From an uncultured Syntrophorhabdus sp. (GTDB lineage: Bacteria > Desulfobacterota > Syntrophorhabdia > Syntrophorhabdales > Syntrophorhabdaceae): a stretch of DNA of 64,000 nt. The notes beneath the pieces were generated by a model. The model made no database searches, had not been told where the DNA came from, and saw only the letters and a program-made list of their open reading frames with translations. The position numbers and the translations under genes are program-made. Location of the stretch: contig CAYXSH010000004.1 in NCBI GenBank assembly GCA_964466585.1, positions 14,463 through 78,462 on the forward strand, written 5' to 3'. Shown one piece after another: positions 17,715 to 26,900 of this stretch; position 1 is the stretch's first letter, and each line of letters begins with the position of its first letter.

Positions 17715-18335
17715 TTCTTTCCACCTTTTTTCCCACAGATGATGTTGAAGTAATTTCACTTGTTCTTTCTTGAGGCCGGAGAAAATCACCCCTACGAGAA
17801 AATCATCCCGCATAACAAAAAAAGTATTATCAAATTGAATCATCCCGGTGATCAGGTTTTCGCTAGACCAATCAACTACAAATCGGTCCTTTTCCAAACA
17901 CAGCTTAAAATTGCACTCAATATCTCTGATAACAAAACCCATAGTAGGTTGTTGAGATACATCGTAGTCTATGATTGGTAAACCTTTTTTTACTGGCAAA
18001 GATGACCTATCAATAACCTCCAATAAATTGCTTTTTTCATATTCACCCACAGAAATTAAACCTATATACCTTATTTCTAATGAAAATGAATCGATCTTAA
18101 TCTCAATCAAAGAATACCGGGAATCACCCAAGCGATAATAGAAGAGACCAGCTGCTGGACTTGCCTCAATTTCGAAGATCAAAGGAACGTAATCATCTAT
18201 CTCAACTCTATATGGATAATATCGATTACTGGTACCTATCACTTTCACGGTTAGCCCTGCTAATATTTTGGTAATGCGTGAATCAATGCTGGGAACTGGC
18301 GCGGACCTCTCGGGGCAGAAAAAACTAATTCCCAA
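17700..18335 (-). CDS. Putative orphan immunity protein
   Basis: 211-aa AT-rich ORF. The ATG start overlaps the upstream 75-aa ORF by 76 bp. An in-frame GTG at 18248, just after that ORF's stop, would give a conventional toxin-immunity spacing. Confidence 0.45.
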   Translation of the reverse strand: MGISFFCPERSAPVPSIDSRITKILAGLTVKVIGTSNRYYPYRVEIDDYVPLIFEIEASPAAGLFYYRLGDSRYSLIEIKIDSFSLEIRYIGLISVGEYEKSNLLEVIDRSSLPVKKGLPIIDYDVSQQPTMGFVIRDIECNFKLCLEKDRFVVDWSSENLITGMIQFDNTFFVMRDDFLVGVIFSGLKKEQVKLLQHHLWEKRWKEGDTL

Positions 18336-18487
18336 CCGTTTACTGTATACAACTTACCATAGACTACGCCTCCCGAAATTGCTTTGTCAACGGCCGTTTC
18401 TAAACTTTTGAGTTGCATCTGAGAACCCAGATTAACTATTTCTTTACTGATACCACTTTTCAAACTTTGGCCAGCATATTCCTCCAT
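18260..18487 (-). CDS. Short orphan ORF, possible toxin C-terminal fragment
   Basis: 75 aa, directly abutting the 18499 end of the full element; the frame is open back to the element end. No recognised motif; the call rests on position only. Confidence 0.3.
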   Translation of the reverse strand: MEEYAGQSLKSGISKEIVNLGSQMQLKSLETAVDKAISGGVVYGKLYTVNGWELVFSAPRGPRQFPALIHALPKY

Positions 18488-18498
18488 ATGTTTTGGGA

Positions 18499-19578
18499 GG
18501 GAGGGACGTCCTTAAATATTTCAGTATCATTCTAACCGGAAGTTCTTCTCCTCCGCTATCTTCCGTCCCCTGGCCACCGCATAGCTGATCGCAGAGGGGG
18601 TCATGCCCGTCAGCCTTGCAAGGTCAGTCACGGATGTCCCGAGTTCTTGCGACGCGATGTAGCAGAAGAGGCTGCGCGCCTCGGCCTTCGGTGAATGGCG
18701 GCCCCTGGAGAGAATGTCGTCCTTTTTGATGCCGTAGAACACGGCGGCGATGCCGGCTATCCTGTCGACGGTATATCCCCTGTTCTTCAAGGTGAACCTG
18801 CGTTCGCAGATGTCTTCGGCCTCCCTGAGGACCTTCATCACGAAATCGCTCCCGCCGAGTATGCGCTGGTCACCCTTCAGCCTTTCCTTTGCGTTTTTGA
18901 TCTCCGTCCATCCCCCTATGCTCCTCACGAGGCCCCCGCCCGAAAGATCATCCCGTCTTCCCTGGCCGAGGGCGGACCCCACATATGCGCGGTAGGCTTT
19001 CTGCGCCCTTCGCCTATCATGCGAGAACATCCTGAGGACATACTGTGTGTCCTGCCATGGCCTCTCCCTGACACCCATAAGGGCGCTGTGTCCCGAATAG
19101 GGGAAAGTGCCGAGTTCGTCCATGGTGGAGACGATGCCGGCACGCACCGGGTTGAGGTGGATGTACCGGACGAGTTCCCTGAAATAGACCTCTTCGTCGC
19201 ATATGATCGATTTGTAGCGGTTCTGGAAGAGCTGGCCCGTTCTTTTGTGCCTCCTGTTGAATGATACCGCATAGCCCGTGAGGAGCTTTCTCATGAGATG
19301 GGCAATACCCATTGGGCCGCTCCTGAGGAGGAAGTGTGCGTGGTTCGACATGAACGCCCATGCGTAACAGGCCGTCTGAGTTTCTGGCAGGAGAGAGGAG
19401 AGCCTGCCGATGAGATCGTTCCTGTCCCTCATATCCCTGAATATGTTCCTTCTCTCTATACCACGGATCATTACGTGGTTGAGAACACCGGCTGCATCTA
19501 TGCGGGGCTGACGGGGCATGGGATCAGGGATTATGACAGGGAGTGCCAATTGAAATATTTAAGGACGTCCCTATCCTA
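18499..19578 (-). mobile_element. Full-length 1080-bp element with 22-bp terminal inverted repeats encoding a Y1 (HUH) transposase
   Basis: Ends: gggAGGGACGTCCTTAAATATTTCAgt... and ...TGAAATATTTAAGGACGTCCCTatccta. Carries the only intact transposase ORF of the family in this window. Confidence 0.85.
18527..19519 (-). CDS. IS200/RAYT-like Y1 transposase fused to a DnaA-domain-IV-like HTH
   Basis: N-terminus MPRQPRIDAAGVLNHVMIRG. HUH motif SNHAHFLL and Tyr motif RYIHLNPVRAG. C-terminus ILSRGRHSPKAEARSLFCYIASQELGTSVTDLARLTGMTPSAISYAVARG resembles DnaA C-terminal DNA-binding domains. The ORF-track TTG start (19549) lies in the TIR, so the ATG at 19519 is preferred. Confidence 0.85.
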   Translation of the reverse strand: MPRQPRIDAAGVLNHVMIRGIERRNIFRDMRDRNDLIGRLSSLLPETQTACYAWAFMSNHAHFLLRSGPMGIAHLMRKLLTGYAVSFNRRHKRTGQLFQNRYKSIICDEEVYFRELVRYIHLNPVRAGIVSTMDELGTFPYSGHSALMGVRERPWQDTQYVLRMFSHDRRRAQKAYRAYVGSALGQGRRDDLSGGGLVRSIGGWTEIKNAKERLKGDQRILGGSDFVMKVLREAEDICERRFTLKNRGYTVDRIAGIAAVFYGIKKDDILSRGRHSPKAEARSLFCYIASQELGTSVTDLARLTGMTPSAISYAVARGRKIAEEKNFRLE

Positions 19579-19779
19579 AGTACTCTCCTCCGGCTCGAAA
19601 CTCGGGTTTAAGGGGAAACCCTTTATGATGTGTGTTCTTAGACATTTGCGATGTGCGAATATGTATTGGATTTCTCTATCGTCATTTGCTGACCAGAGTG
19701 ATAAGTAGAGCATTTGGTCAGGGCTAATAGACTCGCCACAAAAACAACACACCGTCATCTCATTATTCATGCCAACCAT
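19576..19779 (-). CDS. Small Cys-rich protein (orphan cassette, immunity-like by position)
   Basis: 67 aa from the ATG at 19779 (MVGMNNEMTVCCFCGES...HRKC). The 172-aa ORF 19576..20094 in the track is a read-through chimera with copy D. Confidence 0.3.
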   Translation of the reverse strand: MVGMNNEMTVCCFCGESISPDQMLYLSLWSANDDREIQYIFAHRKCLRTHIIKGFPLNPSFEPEEST

Positions 19780-19801
19780 ACCTCGCTGCAAGTTTGTGGA
19801 G

Positions 19802-20123
19802 GGGAGGGACGTCCTTAAATATTTCATTATCATTCTAACCGGAAGTTCTTCTCCTCCGCTATCTTCCGTCCCCTGGCCACCGCATAGCTGATCGCAGAGG
19901 GGGTCATGCCCGTCAGCCTTGCAAGGCCCGTAACGGATGTCCCGAGTTCCTAGAAGGAATCGGTACGATAGCGGCATTTCTAAGGCATCTGCTTCTTTCC
20001 CTATACCGCGGATCATTACGTGGTTGAGAACACCGGCTGCATCTATGCGGGGCTGGCGTGGCATGGAATCAGGAATTATGACAGGGAGTGCCAATTGAAA
20101 TATTTAAGGACGTCCCTATCCTA
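19802..20123 (-). mobile_element. MITE-like deletion derivative (copy D, 322 bp; A/D subtype)
   Basis: Same ends as copies A-C. Its interior matches copy A almost base for base. Confidence 0.85.
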
Positions 20124-20128
20124 GGTCT

Positions 20129-20214
20129 TGCATCTATGCGGGGCTGGCGTGGCATGGAATCAGGAATTATGACAGGGAGTGCCAATTGAAATATTTAAGG
20201 ACGTCCCTATCCTA
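20129..20214 (-). mobile_element. 86-bp element fragment (copy E), exact duplicate of the high-coordinate end of copy D
   Basis: 20129-20214 is identical to 20038-20123, separated from it by ggtct. Confidence 0.8.
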
Positions 20215-20455
20215 CATAGCTGATCGCAGAGGAGGTCATGCCCGTCAGCCTTGCAAGGTCAGTCACAGATGTCCCGAGTTCCCGGAAGGAATCGGGATGA
20301 TAGCGGCATTTCTAAGGCATCTGCTTCTTTCCCTATACCACGGATCATTACGTGGTTGAGAACACCGGCTGCATCTATGCGGGGCTGGCGGGGCATGGGA
20401 TCAGGGATTATGACAGGGACTGCCAATTGAAATATTTAAGGACGTCCCTATCCTA
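20215..20455 (-). mobile_element. Truncated MITE-like copy (copy F, 241 bp; lacks the low-coordinate TIR; B/F subtype)
   Basis: Starts at catagctgatcgcagagg (an internal position of the element) and ends with the standard ...aaggacgtccctatccta. Confidence 0.8.
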
Positions 20456-20474
20456 CTCTAGGTCCCTTCTTTCC

Positions 20475-20948
20475 CTAGGTTTCGCAGTTTAGATCATACT
20501 TGATTGTTATATCTCTCCCCCAACATCTGATAATCAATTCATTGTCATTGTATTCAATGTCCTCAAATAAATCCGGCAGATCGTATTCATCCAGTATCTC
20601 GAGAGATGTCATGTCAATGATCACGATCTCCAATTGGGTAATAACAAGAAGTCTGTTTCTATAAAGCTTTTGCGTTAGAAAATAGGAAGAGAGATAAAGA
20701 TTTATGGGTATGGTCGCATCGTTAAGGTTTGCTATTGCATAATTCTGATCAATTCCAATGGAAATTATGCCGGGGTAGACCTCAAGTACATCGGGTTTAA
20801 TTAGTTCACTTCTCCATGCCAGACGGAAACAGTTCCTCTTATTTGTTAATATTCCAAACATTCTATTATATGGAGCATTATCGAAGAGAATGGGGCAATC
20901 TGTTTTTTCAAATTCATCCTCAGATACTTCTTTTAATACAAGATTCAT
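20475..20948 (-). CDS. cdiI: CDI immunity protein (cognate to the resident CdiA-CT)
   Basis: 157-aa AT-rich ORF starting 15 nt after the cdiA stop. No recognised family; called on canonical position. Confidence 0.6.
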   Translation of the reverse strand: MNLVLKEVSEDEFEKTDCPILFDNAPYNRMFGILTNKRNCFRLAWRSELIKPDVLEVYPGIISIGIDQNYAIANLNDATIPINLYLSSYFLTQKLYRNRLLVITQLEIVIIDMTSLEILDEYDLPDLFEDIEYNDNELIIRCWGRDITIKYDLNCET

Positions 20949-20963
20949 TGTTAGTTGGTAGCC

Positions 20964-23900
20964 CTATTTATATATTATTGGAATTATGGTTGTAACAGAG
21001 GGAGCAACATTCATATTACCCCCAGCGTAGAAGAATCCTACATCTATTTTCCCAACATTCCCAACGTTAACACTCTTAGTCACGGTAACTCCATAGTTGC
21101 TCGTTGTTGTCCTGATAATATTTCCACCATTAAAGGCTTCATTAAGTGTGTTTATTAACTGATTTTCGCTTTTGATGCCCAAGGTTGTCAAGTCTCTCAA
21201 GTTTTGGGCCGATCTTGCAATATTATGCTCAGATCCTTGGGTGACTCTGCCGAAGAAATAGTCGAACTTACCAGAATTAACATTAAAACCTTTCGTAACG
21301 GCTGTCGTTACCGTTTCTGCTTTTCCTACCCCTGCCGATCTAAGAAGCGCCCTAAGCCCCGCCTTGAAGCCGTTCCAACTTAGAGAGGCTCCTGTCTCGA
21401 CCAGTCCGCCGGCGATACCCGCGACCAAAATTGCATTTCCCACAGGGGTTTCTTTGTTCACGGCGTCATTGATTCTGTCGCTTGCAGCATATACAAACAG
21501 GGGGCTGCCAAAATCATCTTTCTGGGACAGCAACAGTTTCCGTTCTTCCGAATACTCTTCTGTATTCCCAATATTCTGGTTCACCTTCAAGATCCTGTAC
21601 CCAAGATCCGTTTCCGATATTCCATCCGCACAGTGAACCAATGCACATGATGCCAGGCTCAGGCGTTCTTCCGCCTGCTCTTCGCTAGCGTATCCGAGTT
21701 CCTTCCATTTCTTCTTGAGCCGGTCGAGAACCTGCCGTTCAGTCTCATGCAGCCGTCTGTTGTACCTCTCCCCGTCCAGTGCCGTTGCCGCCCCTGTCAT
21801 GGCGCCGGATGTGTTGCCCGATGCTATGGACCCTGCGGCGGCACCCACAACGACCGATGCCCACTGCTGGAGGTCCTTCGGGAGGTTCTCGGTGAGGTTC
21901 CGGGATATCTCCGCCGCCCCTGCCCCCAGGGCGCCGGACAGGACGTCCCCGCCGCCTAAGCTTGCCTGGAGCCCCCCGGTGAATGCGTGGAGGGCGGCCT
22001 TCATGGCCCCTGTGTCCTTCCACAGGTCGTAGCGGTCCTGGTATTCATTCTGGGCGGCAAGGGCCTGCGCTATGTCCTCACGTGCCCTCGTCTCGGTAAA
22101 GCCTTCCTTCTCGCAGGCGGCAAGGAACTCCTGTTCCGATCCGGTGAGGCCGTCCCTTCCCTTGAGGTCGAGGTAGGTGCGGGCCGCGGACTCCTTGAGC
22201 TTCGCGTCCTCGTAGGGTTTCGTCATCGCCTTCCCTATGTCGCCCACGGCCTCGAAGGCAAGCTCCCCGAAGAGCCTCGCCGTCTCTCTTTGCTCTTCAA
22301 CCGTCTTCTGGTCGAAGATCTTGCCCAGGGTCTCGTGGGCGTTCTTCGTGTCGCGGCTCAGGGAGCCTATGTCCTGGCCCGGGTTCGAGCGTATCTCTAT
22401 AGTCCCCGGGGCTATGGCGGCGAGGGTCATCGTCGATGAGCTCCCCGTCTGGGAGACGCCCACCCGGGGGGCCATGCTGACGCTGCCGCTGCCGAATCCC
22501 GCGCTTATGCCGCGGCTCGAGCTGTCGTAGTCCGCGGTGTTCTCGATGTTGCTGTAGGTGAGGGTGTTCGTCGAGAGACGGTTGCTGCTCGTCCCCGACG
22601 CCATGACGGAGCCCTTCAGGTCGGTGTTGCCGCCGACGGTGATGTCGAACCCTCCCGTCCCGGCATGGATGCCTGACTGTTCCGTTACGGAGCGGTAGTT
22701 AGAGTCCGTCGAGTCCTCCGTATAATTGAAGTACCCCGATGGTGCCCCGAAGCCGAACACGGGGATGGTGATCCCCGCCTGCATGGAGCTCGACTCGGAG
22801 GTATAGGTGTCTATGTCCTGCCTGCTTACGATGCTGAGGTTCCGGCCTATGTTCGCCTTCACGGTATCGCCGCTCACGACGGCGCCCATGAGGGTCGTGT
22901 CCCTGCCGCTGTCTATGGCAAGGACGTCCCTCGCCCTGATATGCGTGTTCTTGTTGGTGAGGGTGAAGCCCTCGGCGCTGCCTTCCGACATGGCTATATT
23001 GGCGGAGATGGAGAAGCCCGTGTTGGCACCCACGGAGAAGCTCACGCCGACGTCCCCCGATATGCTCTCCGAGCTGGACGTGAGTTTGCTCGTGTCCTCC
23101 GCAGAGAGGAGCTTTATGTCGTTGTTGGCCTTGAGGGAGACGTTCGTCCCCTCGATGGCGGAGCCGATGACGTTCAGGTCGCCGGTGCCGGCCTTTGCGT
23201 TCCCGCCCGCGTCTTTTCGGCCCCGCGCCTCCACAAAGACATCGCCGGCCGAGGAGATGCTGCTCCCCTTTGCCTGCCTTGATTCGATGGCCGTCTCCGA
23301 CTCGCTCCTGCTCTCCCCGTACTTTAAGGTAATGCCTATGCTCGCCGCGGCCGTGGGGTTTGAGGCGATGCCGGCGAGCTTGCTTGCGCCCTTGTAGATC
23401 TCCTTGGCCGCTTTCAATGTGCTCAAAGCGGCAAGGCGGCTGTCGGATGCACCCGACGCCCGGTCAAGTGAGGTCTTTGCGGCGTCGTAGGTGTTCATGA
23501 CGGCATCGAGAATGGGGTTGGAGAGGGACAGCGTGAGGCCGGAGCTCGAAGACTCCGTTGTCTCCCTGTATTCCCGCGTGTTGTATGCCGCATCTATCGT
23601 GATGTTCTCGCCGCTTATGCTCGTCCCTGCCGCCGAGAGGATGTCGCTGCCCGTTATCTTTGTGTCCTTGCCGGAGTAAATGTCGACCCAACCGGTGACG
23701 GAGCCGACGGTGCTGCCCAGGTGGTTCGTGCCTTTATCCTCTATCGTGCTCTTGTTGGACACGCTGCCCCAGGTGATCCCCACACCCGCGCCCATGAGGC
23801 CCGAGGTCTCCTCGGAGACCATATGTTCCTCCACGAACGTCTCCCGGGCGGTGGTGATGTCGATGTTGTCCTTCGCCGCGAGGGACACGTCTTTAGTCCC

Positions 23901-26900
23901 GACGACGTTGCTTCCCCGTACTGCCAGGTCCCTGCCGGAATCGATGACGACGTCCTCGCCGGAGACCGTGCTGCCTCTCGCCAGGACCTTGAGCGAATAG
24001 TCACGGGTCTTTGTCGTCGTGCTGGATAGGGACCCGCCGCTCTCCTTTTCCTGTTCGAGGAGGCTTTCATGGCGCTCGCTCTCTTCCCTGATATTTATGT
24101 CGTTGTCCGCGACGATGCCGACCATGCCGGACTTGCTCGTCACGGTGCTCCCGACGATCTCCACGTTGCCCTTGCCGTCCGCGCGCGGGCCGTCTGTCTC
24201 TTTCGTGGCGGCGATGAGGGCGTTTCCCCCGGCCGTAACCTCGCTGCCGATGACCTTTTCGTGATCTTCCTTTTGAACGAATCTGTCGCCGGAGACCCCG
24301 CGGTAGTCACTGTCCTTCACGGCGGCCATCTTGACGTCCCCTCCCGCCTGCAGTGTGAGGTCCCCTCCCGCCTCCATTTTGGTCCCCGTGAACGACGCGT
24401 CGCTGCCTGCCGACATGGCCAGATTCCCGCCGGCCCCGATACTGCTCGTCACGTGGCGCGTCGTGCTCTCGCTGTAAAAAACGGTGTTCAGGCCCTGATC
24501 GTGCTGCACGGTCTCCGACCTGATGTCCCGTCCGGCAGTTACCGCGGTGTCCCCCGCGGACGATATGCTCCCGCCCCGCATCACAACGTCGCGGCCCGCC
24601 TCCATCGCGAGGTCCCCACGGGATACTATACGGGCCGTGTCATGGATAAGCGTCGTGTTGCGCGGGCCGTTGGTCCTGCTTTCCGCAAGCGTGACGTTCT
24701 GTATGTCCCTGCCGGCGGACAGGACGGTCGTTTCACCCGAGATCTTGCCGCTCTGGTTCAGGATGTCCCCGGAGGCCCTGAGGCTCGTCAGGCCGCCCGA
24801 GTCGACCGTTCCCCCGCGGTTGAGAATCGTGGACGCTTCAAGGGAGGTGACCGCGTCCCCCCTGATCGTGCCGGAGTTTGTTATGTTCCCGCTTACCGTG
24901 AGCTCGACGTGCTTCGCAGCGATCACTGCGCCCGCGGGAACGTCACCCGTAGCCGCCGATGCGAGGTAGACGACCGGTACCAGGACCTTCTGGCCTTCGA
25001 CGATGCGTTCTTCGAGCCATACCATGTCGGAGGTGAGCGCCGCCATCTGCCCGGCAGAAAGTGACACGCCAACGGCCACTTTGAATTCCTCCGCATAATC
25101 CACGGCGTTTTCCATGAGGGCCCTGAACTGGTCCTCGTTATTCGTAAAATTGGAGAGGAACCTGCGGCCGGTGAGCTGCAATACCTGGTTCTCAACAAGC
25201 TTCTGCTCGTAGAAGCCGTCGCCGAGGCGCTTCATGACGTAATGCGGGTCGCAGGACATGCGGCTGAGCATGTAATCGGACGAGAGAAAGGACGCATAGC
25301 TGGTGAAGCGCGGATCGGTCTCGACGAGGTATTTCCGGCCGGGGTCCGTGTAGATGTGGTATAGGCCGCTTGACGGCAGGGTGATATCATTCAGTCCCGT
25401 CGTGCTGCTGCCGGGTGCCGCGCCGCCCGCAGAGGCCCCGCTGCCCGGGGGAAGCGTGGAGGAGAAAGAACCTGTGACCGAACCGGACGGGTTCACCGTC
25501 TCATTGTTGATCGTTGCCGCGGTCCCCTTGATGGCCAAATTGGCGGATATGACGGACGGCCAGCCGGGAAGGGCCTCGTACGTCACTTCATTGTACGGTG
25601 TTATTCTCCACTCCTCGAAGTCCATGTCGTCGATATACACCACGTGTGTCCCGTCACGGGTGGTCACTCTCGACGCGCCGACGTCCTTGTTGTCCTTGGC
25701 CGTGACTTCGAAGAAAAGGTTGGCGCCCGCGGCAATGGTAGAAACACGGTTGGTCAGCGTCTCTACCCGTATGTTCATGTTCCTGCCTGAAAGGATCATG
25801 CCGGGGGCGCTGTCCTCGAGCACCCGGGTCTCGGTTATGGTCTCCTCGTACGAGAGGTAATTATAAATAGTCGCCTCGCCGGGACGACGAAGGTCCACAT
25901 GGTGATGCGTGGGCTCGCCTATCTGCACCTGCCCGGTGGTGAACACCTTCCTGCGGTTCGTGATGTCCCGGGCGAATATGGTGAGATCGTTATCCGCTTC
26001 TATCACCGAGGACTCGTTATATAACGTCCCCGCCGCGTCGAGATAATTGCCGGGGACGTCCCTGCGGGAGCTTCCCGCGATGTTGATATCGCCCAGGCTG
26101 TAGATCGTCGCTTCGTCCTTGTTCGTTAAGGAATTCACGGGATAAAGGTTGATCGTGTCCGTCGCGCCGAGGATGGCGGACGGTCCCTGGTTCAGTATGT
26201 CCTGCGCCGATATGCTCAAGGTGCCGGCGAAAACGGAGCCGTAGTTCGTTAAATTGCCCGTATTGATGTTCACCGCTCCGTACCCGGCGATGGTGCCGCT
26301 GTTCGTTATGCCCGTGCCGATGTTCAGGTCAACGTTGCCGCCCTCTATCGTCCCGTCGTTCGCGAGGGAAGAACCGTCGAGGGTCGCCGTCTCCACGGCG
26401 CTCATTAGGCCGTAGTTTGCGATCGGGCCGGAAGCGGTAAGCGTCAGGTTGCGGTTGGCCTTCAGGCTTTTCCCGGATTCATTGGTGAAATCGCCCGACA
26501 GGCTCACCGTCAGGTCGCGCCCGGACAGTATCTCATCGATGCCGGTGACCGACTGCGCTGTTATGGCCATGTCCCCGTCGGAGACTATTCTCCCGCCGGG
26601 ACCGCTGACGGCTCCGGCGGTAAGGTCCAGATTGCCGCCCGCACCTATCCCTCCGTTGGTGTTCGCCAGGGAAGATGACAACAGGCCGACGGTCAGGTTG
26701 CCGGAGGAAAAGATCGTCCCGTCCGTATTGTCGATGCCCGCAGCGATGACGGACATATCGCCTCCGGACAGGACCATGCCGCCGGTGTTGTCGATACCAC
26801 CGGCGGCGGTAAGTGAGGCATTTCCCCCGGCCCGTGTGCTGCTGTCCGCTATGTCGATCGCGGCGGCGTTGACACGCAGATCGCCTGCGGCGGCCGTCTG

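Noticed and set aside
15880-20455. Regularly spaced repeats that could be mistaken for a CRISPR array
   Set aside because: The repeat units are 322-1080 bp with terminal inverted repeats and a transposase gene. The 'spacers' are 0.2-1.1 kb and protein-coding. No 25-40-bp repeat/spacer periodicity and no cas genes.
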